From assembly GCA_905178155.1 (NCBI GenBank), contig CAJINV010000054.1:1-15827 (forward strand): 15,827 bases of DNA. Direction: 5' to 3'. This DNA comes from Amoebophrya sp. A120. Taxonomy: Eukaryota; Protista; Dinoflagellata. The notes beneath the pieces are model-generated. The model did no database searches. It was not told the origin of the DNA and worked only from the letters and a program-made list of their open reading frames with translations. The position numbers were made by a program, and so were the translations under genes. Shown one piece after another: positions 1 through 9,467 of the stretch. Position 1 is the first letter of the stretch, and the number at the start of each line of letters is the position of its first letter.

Positions 1-560
1 CAAGGTGGCGAAATTTTTCCCAGCTTCTGGGCGACGGTTTTGGGCGACCTTCGTGGCGCATAGTTCGTCGGACGCGAGGCCAGCCCCCAAGGTATGAGGC
101 CAGAGGGTGGCCAAAATGGCCCCGGCTTGGGGTCGCCAAGGTGGCGAAATTTTTTCCAGCTTCTGGGCGACGGTTTTGGGCGACCTTCGTGGCGCATAGT
201 TCGGCGGACGCGAGGCCAGCCCCCAGGGTATGAGTCCAGAGGGTGGTCAAAATGGTCCCGGCTTGGGGTCGCCAAGGTGGCGAAGTTTTTCCCTGCTTCT
301 GGGCGACGGTTTTGGGCGACCTTCGTGGCACCTAGTTCGTCGGACGCGAGGCCAGCCCCCAAGGTATGAGCCCCGAGGGTGGCCAAAATGGTCCCGGCTT
401 GGGGTCGCCAAGGTGGCGAAATTTTTCCCAGCTTCTGGGCGACGGTTTTGGGCGACCTTCGTGGAAAGGTGGCGCATAGTAAGCGCGGTGGACGCGAGGA
501 CAGCCCTCCAGGGGGCAGCCCCTCCGTTGGCGACCTCCGTGGCGCACGGGTTTGGGCGGG
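1..560. repeat. 136-bp GC-rich tandem repeat, ~3.4 copies plus a degenerate tail; truncated by the window start
   Basis: Unit start CAAGGTGGCGAA at 1, 137, 273 and 409 (period 136), with near-identical copies. Similarity breaks near 464; fragments (GTGGCGCA, GGCGACC, GGACGCGAGG) persist to ~560. The overlapping ORFs here mostly reflect the repeat. Confidence 0.95.
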
Positions 561-1512
561 CTTCGTGCTGCCTCGGTGTTGTAAGAGGCGTGGCCAGAGG
601 GCCCCGCTGCGTGCGCCACAACGATCCCGGCCCGGGGTCGCCGTTTCTCGGTATCTGGTAGGCGTCAGCCTCGGCCTCGCTAATTTCCTTGCCGGAGCAT
701 CCCGGTCCGGTGCGGAGTTTCCATGCGCCCCGCTGTTGTTTCTGGGCATCGCCGCAGCACGCCCGGGCGGGCATGTTTGCCTTTCCATATTGCCAAAATC
801 CTGCTTACCGCAGTGCGTATCGTCGTGCACTCCGCGTCCCCCGTGGCGTTTGCCACGGTTTACGGCGCGGAGCTTGCTGCGATCGATAACGCGCTGCGGG
901 CAAGCAGCATCCAGCTGGACGAGTTTCGCCTGGTCCCCGCGTCGCGTAGTGGCGACCCGTCCGACGACATTCCGGTCGAAGATCTTTATCGACTAAAACG
1001 CTCCCGCCTGCGCTCCTTTTATGTCATGCGCGGGCTACGTACCCGACTGCATGTCTTGGCTAAAAATTGCATGCGCTCCCCAGTTGCATGCGCTCCGCAG
1101 TGGAAGCTCTGCGGTTTTGATTAAAAATCTGCAGAACCCCGAAGCTGTATCCAAATCTGAATTCCTTCGAGGCTTTTACTGGTCCTCTTCTCGTCTTCAT
1201 TGATATGCAAAGGGGCGGGAACAGTTTTGATCTGTATCAGGGCGATTTCTTTTTTTGGCTGATCAGTTTTGCTTACAGTTGCGAGGACCCCAGCACCCTG
1301 GCGCAGTTCCGGCAAAAATGGGCGGACGACATCAAGAAGGAAAAGAAAGAGCAGCAGATGGAGTGGAAATGCGGCAAACTGGTTCCTGCTACTCTATAGC
1401 GGTGAGCTGGTGCCCGGACACACTAGCAGCAAAGCGCATTCTTCTTCCGTAGGAACGTCAATGCTTGGCAGACGAGTCATACCCGATGCACAGCTGTAGC
1501 TGCGTTGCATGA
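388..1512 (+). CDS. Putative 5-exon hypothetical protein (orphan)
   Basis: Phase-consistent splice model: exon to 709, intron 710-813 (GTGCGG..CGCAG), exon 814-1022, intron 1023-1134 (alternative GC-AG 1010-1100), exon 1135-1181, intron 1182-1278, exon 1279-1381, intron 1382-1452, exon 1453-1512 (TGA). Peptide ...ASRSVRIVVHSASPVAFATVYGAELAAIDNALRASSIQLDEFRLVP...NPEAVSKSEFLRGFYCCEDPSTLAQFRQKWADDIKKEKKEQQMEWKCGKLERQCLADESYPMHSCSCVA*. The start is uncertain: the only in-frame ATG (388) lies inside the repeat. Confidence 0.55.
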
Positions 1513-1924
1513 TCTTCATCCGCGTCACAGCATTGCACTAAATTTCAGACTTATTCTTAGTCTATAAACCTGTGGCTGGTGACGATTACGTCTCCACCAA
1601 CAACAGACTCAAGGCTTTTTCTACGACCATCAACCAACAGAACCCAAAAAACGCTGTTTGAAGAAGCTAATGCGGTAATCGTCTTTTCATCTTTGGTGCC
1701 AGGGCGCAGCACATTCAAGATTTACACGAGCGCAACATATTTTTTTACAATACTAAGAGCAAATGTGAGCAACGACCGGTCTTACAAAAGATACAACTTG
1801 ACACTGGTGCACGTTCTTTTGCGCCGAAAGGTAAAGAAACATTCGTTTTACATGAAGTAGGAACAACCCCAGGAAATATTTTTTTGCGTTGCTAGTTGAA
1901 CAAAAAAAACCCAAAATCCTGTAG

Positions 1925-2250
1925 CCTGGCGTAACAAACGAAGCAAGCGCGCTTGACTGTGTGCTAAAAAACCGGCTCGGGTTCGTGCCGGTTGTCAGAG
2001 CGTCGTCGTCTTCTAAAACCTCGTGGATCTCCCGCCAATTGAATTCTCCTACAGATCCAACGTTTCCTGGCTACTCTATTTCATTCTTTGGCGTCCACAT
2101 TTCATGTAAGTCACGACCGAGAGAAAGTTATGAGCTTGCGGACCACACTGACCATTCCGCCAGCTGCTTCGACGCGATCCGTTTACCTCATCTAGACACA
2201 CCGCTCGAGAGCAAAGTTTGCAGTTCTGGGCGCTCTACTTCTGTGTGTGA
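1925..2250 (+). CDS. Probable cluster of short exons of an unknown gene; reading frame ambiguous
   Basis: Candidate introns 1981-2054 (GTTCGT..CCTACAG) and 2106-2163 (GTAAGT..CCGCCAG). Two different frames stay open across both junctions. Confidence 0.35.
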
Positions 2251-2700
2251 GAAAAATAGAAGACCGCACGCAGTACCTTGACGCAAAATGATGTTCGTCG
2301 TTGTCTCATTTGTCTTCTCGTTCGAGCACACGGCGGAGCCCGTTGCGTAAGCTGTACGGAGAGCAGGCGGGGCCCGAAAGGGTGGAACTAAACGAACAGG
2401 AACGAAACGAATCCACGTGAAAAAAACTTCCGCCCCAAGTTCAAACAAAATCTGCAAACCATACTGATTTGTGAGCAGGCGCGAACAGCTGTCGCATTGT
2501 CATGCCGGAATGGAAAAGCGAGCTTAAGCCTCACACAAATCACTCGGAAGAAATCAGTTTGGAAGCGTCGCTTTTTGCGTTCCTAATACTACCACTCGAT
2601 TTGCGTACACAAAGAAAGCGCTTGCATGGGGTGATTGGCATGATTTTTCTGAAGGATAAAATGGACCAGCGGGAAGGAAAATCTGCAGCTCGTGACCACC

Positions 2701-5700
2701 ATGGCGACAGCCGGCAAGCCCGTCGTCGGAATGTGGGCACAAGCTGACGACTTCTACCCCTACCGCAAAAAGCTGCCATCCGGCGTTTACCTGACTATCC
2801 TGTGGAAAAAACTCCTTCCTAGGTACCCGAGACTTGTCATGGGTGTTTGCATGCCCGCCCACCGCGACGCGTCGCTGAAGACGACACGTCGTGGTCGGTG
2901 GGTCATTGTTTTGCAGCAATACAGGCTGGGGAGAGAAGCATAGTAGCTCCCGATCTAGAAGACAAGCTGGGCAATAAATCCAGCTCGTCTATCAGCTGAG
3001 GAAAGAATGACCAATGTCATCACCCCCTGCAGGGTGGGAAAGATTTTGCTTCCTCAGGATACGCACGCACGAATTTTTACCGACCCACAATGTCCAAACC
3101 GTCCGGGACTTCAAGGCCCAGCTCCTGTCGAACCGAGAACTCAACTTCCCCCCCGACAAGTATCAACATGGAAGATCCTTACCTTAGTGTGTCATCTTCG
3201 AGAAATGCAAAAATGAAAGCGATCTGTCATGCGGACTGAGTCCCTCAGTATCGGAAAAAAAAAACCTGTTCTCGACGTCTCCGATTCTTTTTGCATTTTT
3301 GCAGAGGTGGCATCCTAGCCTTTTTCGATGGGATACGGAGTTCCGCGTGCTGAAGAAATATCCGGAGGTATCAAACTGAAAATCACCCTGCCCCCAGAGC
3401 TCCCGAAGATGATATTCGCTCTATCCGTTCCACATAAAAACGCGTTTGTCTTGCATGCGAAACATTTACATTAGCCTCTCAGCATCTTTCCTAAGTTTCG
3501 CTATCTTACCCTGGAAACTGTTCTTAGACCAGGAAGGAGTCCATAAATAGACGGCTGCGTAATCATGACGAACTGTAAAGGTTGGTCCTGCCCCATCCGG
3601 GTGTTCCCGCGTTCCATGAACTCAACCTGGTTCCCCTAAGCAATGAATATTGTTCCTCGTTCTCGGGAAGGGGCGGTTTTGAAGATGATACGACTATCGC
3701 TTATGGAAGTGTCCGGCTGGAATTCGACAAAATGGAAACCAAGATGTCGATACTTTCTTGTCACGCATAACCATAAAAGCGAAACCATTCACACGGCAAG
3801 GTGTGGAAACACCCAAACAAAATTCGTTCTGCTGTTTGGCGCAGGGCAGACCTGGTTTGCGGTGTTTGTTCAAAGGTTGCTCTTCTGTTAGCCTAGATCT
3901 GCAACCCACCTTGCCAAACCAGACCCTTCTGCTTGCGTCTCGCATTTTATGGACCATAAATCGTTTTCATTTTGAAACCTTCCAGCCTGATACGCATTGC
4001 AACTATATCTGGGTCTGCAAAAAATAATGCAAAATTTATAATGCTCAGCTACCATGCCTCTCACGTTTGTCACGCACCGTACTCAAGCGCCCCAGTTTTC
4101 TGTCGTGGAGCAACACAGAATTCTGGCAACACCATCCTAGCAGCTCAAAAACTTGTCATGCTTGGCTGCGAATTGAGGCGTCCTCGTGAGCGCCCCTTCC
4201 GCATCACAAGTTTTTCCAGACCCTGATATATGTGCATTTGATAACCGACACTCCCATACAGCTGCGAAATCGGACTAGACGACCTCGAGGCCCCTCTGTT
4301 TCTCTATCCTATGCAAAAACGTCCCCACACCATAGTTGTAATGCAAATCTGCATGCCAAAAACGTTTCTCATGCAGAGCCCCATGAGAAGCGTTTTCTAT
4401 TCGTATTTGGGAATTTGTGATGCTCGAATCAGAACAATATGCTGGATCTGTAATGCTTCTGAACAACTAGCTAAACAGGATTACACTATGGAGACAAACT
4501 TGTCATGCGAAACAACCAAAGCTGGTGGATTTGTATAGCAGATTTCGCATCTTGATCCTGGTGTGGGAGCGTTTTTACTCAGGATGCTGCCGACAGCGAA
4601 CCCATAAATCTGACGCTCGTGCGGGTCGATTGCACCCTGCCACCTGCGGAGAAGCGCAAATCCTGGAACCGAGAGCGGGATCCGACTCCGCACAAGCGGC
4701 CGGACGCGCGGTTGTACAAGTGTCCGCCACTGGGACCGCCAGGGGATCCCGAGCCCGCGGTTGCTACGGACGCGTCACGTAGGAGCTCGTCAAAATGAAA
4801 ATGCTCTGTCATGATTCGGCTTTTGGCTTCTCACCCGCGCAAAAGCACTGCGGCACGCAATACAAAGGCTCGCTTTAGGATCCCTGGAAATGGCATGCGC
4901 CCCTGAGCAGCACATACAAATTTCATCTCTGTGGCCAAAGGAACTAGTCACGCATTGTCTTGCTAATTTGTACATCCAAGTGGAACTCGTTCCGCGCCAA
5001 AAATTTTCTAGCTTTCCTACCTTACACAACCATAGCTGACCATCCAACAAAGGTGTACCTGAACGAGTACCTGCTACGGGATACGGAGTGGGGGAAGATT
5101 TATTTTGTGCAGAAACGCACCCGCATCAGAGTTGTCATGCATTTGCATATCTCGCACTTGCATGTGACAGTGGTTTCCAATGAAACGCATTTCCTACAAG
5201 TGTCGCAAAACATGTCATGCCCTCCAACTGATACGAAGCGAGCTAGCGAATCACAGGCGTGCTGCAGACTCGATTTTTTCGCGCAGAGTTGCCAGTTCGA
5301 GTTTGGAATAGGTGCGTTTTTCCGCAGGATAAGCTCGGAGATTTAATCAACCCGAAATACATGTACACGGTCGAAGTCTACGGCAAGTATCAAAATGGAA
5401 CATTCCCTCTCTCCACACTCAAAACGAGGTTTGTGCAAACATGATTTGCGATCGCGAGTCGGCTTGCCAAGCAAGGCGGTTTCTAGTGCTATCTGAAATG
5501 GAATGGCTTTCCGTGTCCAACTGCTCAGAAGCACGACCACGACGCATTGCCTGCGACCTGGGTTCGAAGTCGATTGGCGTTCGCAAATACAGCAACACAA
5601 GTCGCGCTTTGAACATGGGAAGGGGGAGTGTTTCCTTACGATAGCAAAGAATACAGCTTCTGCGAGAATTATCGAAAGAAGAAACTGTTCCACTGCAGTG

Positions 5701-5790
5701 CAAAATGTGCCTGTATCACTGGAGGAACACGCGATGGAAAAAAATTGTGCTTGATCCTACCGGCGCAAGACGGACTCTTTTTGTCATGCA
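2701..5790 (+). pseudogene. Multi-exon orphan gene(s) or relic; exon connectivity unresolved
   Basis: Protein-like segments, mostly preceded by AG acceptors: 2701-2822 MATAGKPVVGMWAQADDFYPYRKKLPSGVYLTILWKKLLP (donor AG|GTACCC at 2823); 3035-3187; 3305-~3440; 3582-3745 LVLPHPGVPAFHELNLVP...; ~3846-4027; 4583-~4780 DAADSEPINLTLVRVDCTLPP...; ~5050-5133 VYLNEYLLRDTEWGKIYFVQK; 5268/5328-5428 DKLGDLINPKYMYTVEVYGKYQNG; 5529-~5780. No complete intact model could be assembled by eye. Confidence 0.4.
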
Positions 5791-6042
5791 AGAAAACGAC
5801 CTTGTCCGGCGAGACCTCCAAAACTAAAACAGTGAGACACTTTTTTCGCATGATACGGCAACCCAGAGGGTTCCGATGAAGATTGCCTCCCGGAAGACTG
5901 CCCAGATAGTTTTGCTCCCGGAACTCGGCGATCCAGATGTAGTCCTATGGCAACCCGGAAGAAACTCCGGCGTCCAGTAGTACTCGGCCGAAGTGGCAGG
6001 GTCCAGCCCTGTCCGGCGGCGCCCTAATAATATACTTACTAG

Positions 6043-7842
6043 GCTGCCCTACTCAACAAGCATTTCGGGGCGCGCTAAGCTGCTGCTCGCACCAAAATTG
6101 CGCAGCCAGAACCTAAAAGCCGACTCGCATACGTTTCCTCGTTGGGTGAATGTGTTTGCCATTTTTCGAGCGGGCAACGCCGATGCGACCGATTTGCGCT
6201 TCGCTTTCTCGAAGGTCTTGCGAGCCACCTCTTTACCTTTGCTCGGCTACTGTGCTTAGGAGCTCCACGAAGGTGACGAGCTTGAAAAACCTTCCATGAA
6301 ACTCGTGACACAAAATCTGCAAGCGCGCAACGGCTTTTGCCCTTGTTGCCGGTCCCTCTTCCCCCGGCACAAGCTTGTGCCCCCTTCCTCGTGCACCCAC
6401 TTGGATGTCAAGTGGTGTGACGCCGCCCGGAAAAAGTGTAAAAAAAACGCGTACCAAAAAAGGGCTTCGTATGGAATTGCCATAGTTGTTCCAAGGCGAA
6501 TTCTTTTCGCGCGGGTTGTTGCGTTGGACAGCGCCCCGCCGACCCTGCCCCCCATCTGGCCGAGTAAGTATTACTGGCTCCGCAAATACGGTTGACGGAC
6601 CAGATATGAAGGCGTCAAGTTGGAACTCATCGAAGCCAAAACTGGGTATTTGTCCTGCAAAGAATAGGTGGCAGTGCAGCACTGGCACTAGTTTCCAATC
6701 TGAAGCTGTCATGTTCTCCGGGGTAGCCAACGGTCTTTTGCCATACTCTTCTTGCTTTTCCACAGCTCTTTTTCTGAGCGTAAACAGGCTCACCATCGAA
6801 CTCGCTTTGCGTCTTTGCAAGACCAGACAGGCAGTCTGTGCTTCACACTCTATGCACCCCACATCAACATTTTGATGTATTTTGCAAATTTCCAACTTGG
6901 CGCTTCCACAAAAAGCGGTCTGGGACGCCTTCGTCAACGACGTACCGCGACGAAGCACGAGACAGAAAAAGTTATCAAAGAGAAAAGTACATCCTACACC
7001 CATATCAGAAAAAATGAAACTGTGATGCAGATCCCCGAAAAATGGCGGCTTTTGCCATGCTAGTACACAGAGAATGCAAAGATGCGGATCTGCACGAAAG
7101 TCGTGCGCAAACCATTTGTCGTGCTGATCAGCTGGTACGGGCTGTTTCGTGCCATGAAAAACATCACGGAAAGTAGTTTTGTAGATGGCACTACGGGTGC
7201 ACTTTTTTTCTGGAAAGATGTATTGCAGAAGCCAGTACCGGTATCGCGAGGGACGACCCCCTTTCCGATTTGTACGACAAATCGCTTTGACGCTGCATTA
7301 CAACAGAGAAAAGGCAGGCAGGTCATGTGGTTATTTGTAATGCAAAAATAAATACAGAAAAATCTCTACTGCATACATCTACTTAGCCCAATGCAGGTAG
7401 GAAGCCTTGCGAGAGGCTTCCGAGCTGCTGATGCGCCTTTCTTTTTGCATACGGACGGGAGGGTTGATTTTTCATTGTGACAACAGAGGTCGAACAACCG
7501 GAAAGTACAAAACGCCGGAGGACGTGGTGCGCCTTGCACACAAGTACTACTGGATATGCACTGCAAATATGTTTCGGTCTGGAAAGGTGCAAACCTGTCA
7601 TGCTCTCTATCAGTCACGCGAAAAAGTTTGTCACGCATGAGCCCCGAAAGCTTGAACTTTTGGCTACACTGAGACGCATTTCTCATGCTGAGTGTAGGCA
7701 TTGCAAAGTTCTCGCAGAACCTGTGACTCTAGGCTTGGCGTTGCAGACCTCATTCTGGGCTGTACAAAACCGGCATAGCAAACGCTGTACTCGTCTTCCC
7801 GACCCAGACATATTTGTTACAAACGACAAACAAACAAACTAG
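6043..7842 (+). pseudogene. Multi-exon orphan gene or relic with a Cys-rich exon
   Basis: Exon 6043-6214, then a 45-nt GT..TAG segment 6215-6259 (intron or in-frame stop), then exon 6260-6563 (ELHEGDELEKPSMK...FCPCCRSLFPRHK...; donor GTAAGT at 6564). ORFs 6752-7063 and 7082-7351 are in the same frame, separated by one TAG. Intron 7322-7400, exon 7401-7586 (EALREASELLMRLSFCIRTGGLIFHCDNRG...FRSGK), intron 7587-7746, exon 7747-7842. Confidence 0.4.
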
Positions 7843-7889
7843 CGGGCGACGGCTGCACAAACGTCGGCAGGCAAACTATCGCCCACAGA

Positions 7890-8932
7890 ATGGAAGCGGT
7901 GCACGTCCAATTCGCCAACGACCTTACTGGTCTATCCCGTGCAAAGGCCTACTGGGCATTGTTCATCGCCACCGACCACGACCTTGGTCTTATGCATACA
8001 GAGATCTGGCATCATGAATATCGTGGGATAATGAATTCTGTAATAGATGAGACTACCCAGCAGCCGACAGCTGCTGCCAACGCTTCTCCTGCGAAGCAAC
8101 CATGAGCGACTCGTCATGACTATCGCAAATTCACGGAAAGATTTCCGAGCTGAGCCCCCTGTGTAAAACTTATGGGCAGCAAAAGGTTTTTTGCACAGGA
8201 TGACTCTTTGTCTACCCCTGGGAAAGGAGAAGATGAAGCTGGTGATGATGGTGATGAAAAAGTAAAAGATGAACAACATAAAAAGATCCATCTTAGTGAT
8301 GCGGTATATGCAAGCAGTATAGGAGTTATGCAAGATCTATGGACGCAATACGAAGTGATTGGAGCGGCAACAATAGCTCTTCCAAGCCCTTTGCTGGGTC
8401 GTATAAGTTGTATCATCACCGTGCTAGTCAACCGCACGATGAAGTGGGATTTTGAAGCCAAAGTGCAAAAACAATCAGTTAAAAAACAGGAAGAGAATGC
8501 GGCGCGCCATCGTGCCGTCTCATCGTTTTTGTTCGTGTGCCGAGGTACTCGAAGGCTCAGCGAGTAAGAAGCCCCAGAACTGCAAAAACACGATCTCCGG
8601 ACTCAGCACCGGCTGCTAGTGGTCGCTGCTAGCTTTGTTTACTTGTCATCGCTACTCGCTGTCGCGGAGACGAGAGCAACAAAACGCCTTGAGAGATTCG
8701 CAAAAACGATGCTGTCATGAGAGACCGAGAGGAGCTGGAAATCAAAGCTCGTCGTTGCTTCATCGTCGTTCGCATCCACGCAAAAATTTGTCGCGAAATT
8801 ATGGACAAACAAGTTGAACCCGCCTGGGGAAATCTTCTCCGCGGCAATGTATATATCCACACGAACAATTCAACAGCCCTGAATCGTCAAGCAGTCATTT
8901 TTTCGCCAGGACCCACCGAACCCGTTTATTAA
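7890..8932 (+). pseudogene. Orphan coding region with an acidic low-complexity patch and internal stops
   Basis: ORF 7890-8105. Exon from 8199 (after GCACAG): DDSLSTPGKGEDEAGDDGDEKVKDEQHKK... to TAA at 8565-8567, after which the same frame stays open to 8720. ORF 8717-8932 (MRDREELEIKARRCFIVVRIHAKICREIMDKQ...) is protein-like. Confidence 0.4.
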
Positions 8933-9467
8933 CAAGCGCCAAGCTTTTATTAATTTGTGGAATTCATTTAGCAATACAATTTTGCTACTTTTGACCATTC
9001 TCGCCCGTTTTGGAAACTTTTTCTTTTCTGTGAACTTTTTCGATCAGCAAGCAAGAACTCTTGCATTCTGAGAACTTTCATTTCATATTCCATTGTATTG
9101 CTTACTAAACTTCACCCTATTATTTTCCAAGAAGAAAAAAGAATCTACCAGCACACCATGTTCGCTATTTTTGACATCTTCTACTATTGTGGTTTACCAA
9201 AATGAAAAAAGTCCCAGTTCGAAAACTAGATGCGACTTTTCCTGCAAGATCGAAACGACCAGGAGTGACATGCTGATTGTAGGAGACATTTGCATTTCGA
9301 TTCCAGCTGCCAGAACTATTATCTATCTCGGCATCAGAGAATCTGGCTTCGAATTCTCCTGATCATGCCTTATTGGCATATTGCGACATCATTGTTGTCT
9401 CTTTTCCAAACAGGGACTCTTTTCAGTTTGATAAACGTGTCAGGACTTGCACGATAATTCTCTACAG

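Noticed and set aside
94-774. ORFs 94-369, 230-661, 247-774 and 332-619 as genes
   Set aside because: They are by-products of a GC-rich 136-bp repeat whose period shifts the frame in each copy.
1562-1568. CTATAAA as a TATA box
   Set aside because: Short match with no clear downstream start codon or other supporting signal.
6233-7003. 256-aa minus-strand ORF
   Set aside because: It is antisense to + exons that have splice signals, and it has no recognisable domain; likely a shadow ORF.
5628-7200. MULE/Mutator transposase, suggested by YSFCENYRKKKLFHCSAK (WRKY/FLYWCH-like) and SSFVDGTTG (first catalytic Asp-like)
   Set aside because: No following HxH, second Asp, CxxH or Glu motif was found, and both segments have equally plausible alternative frames.
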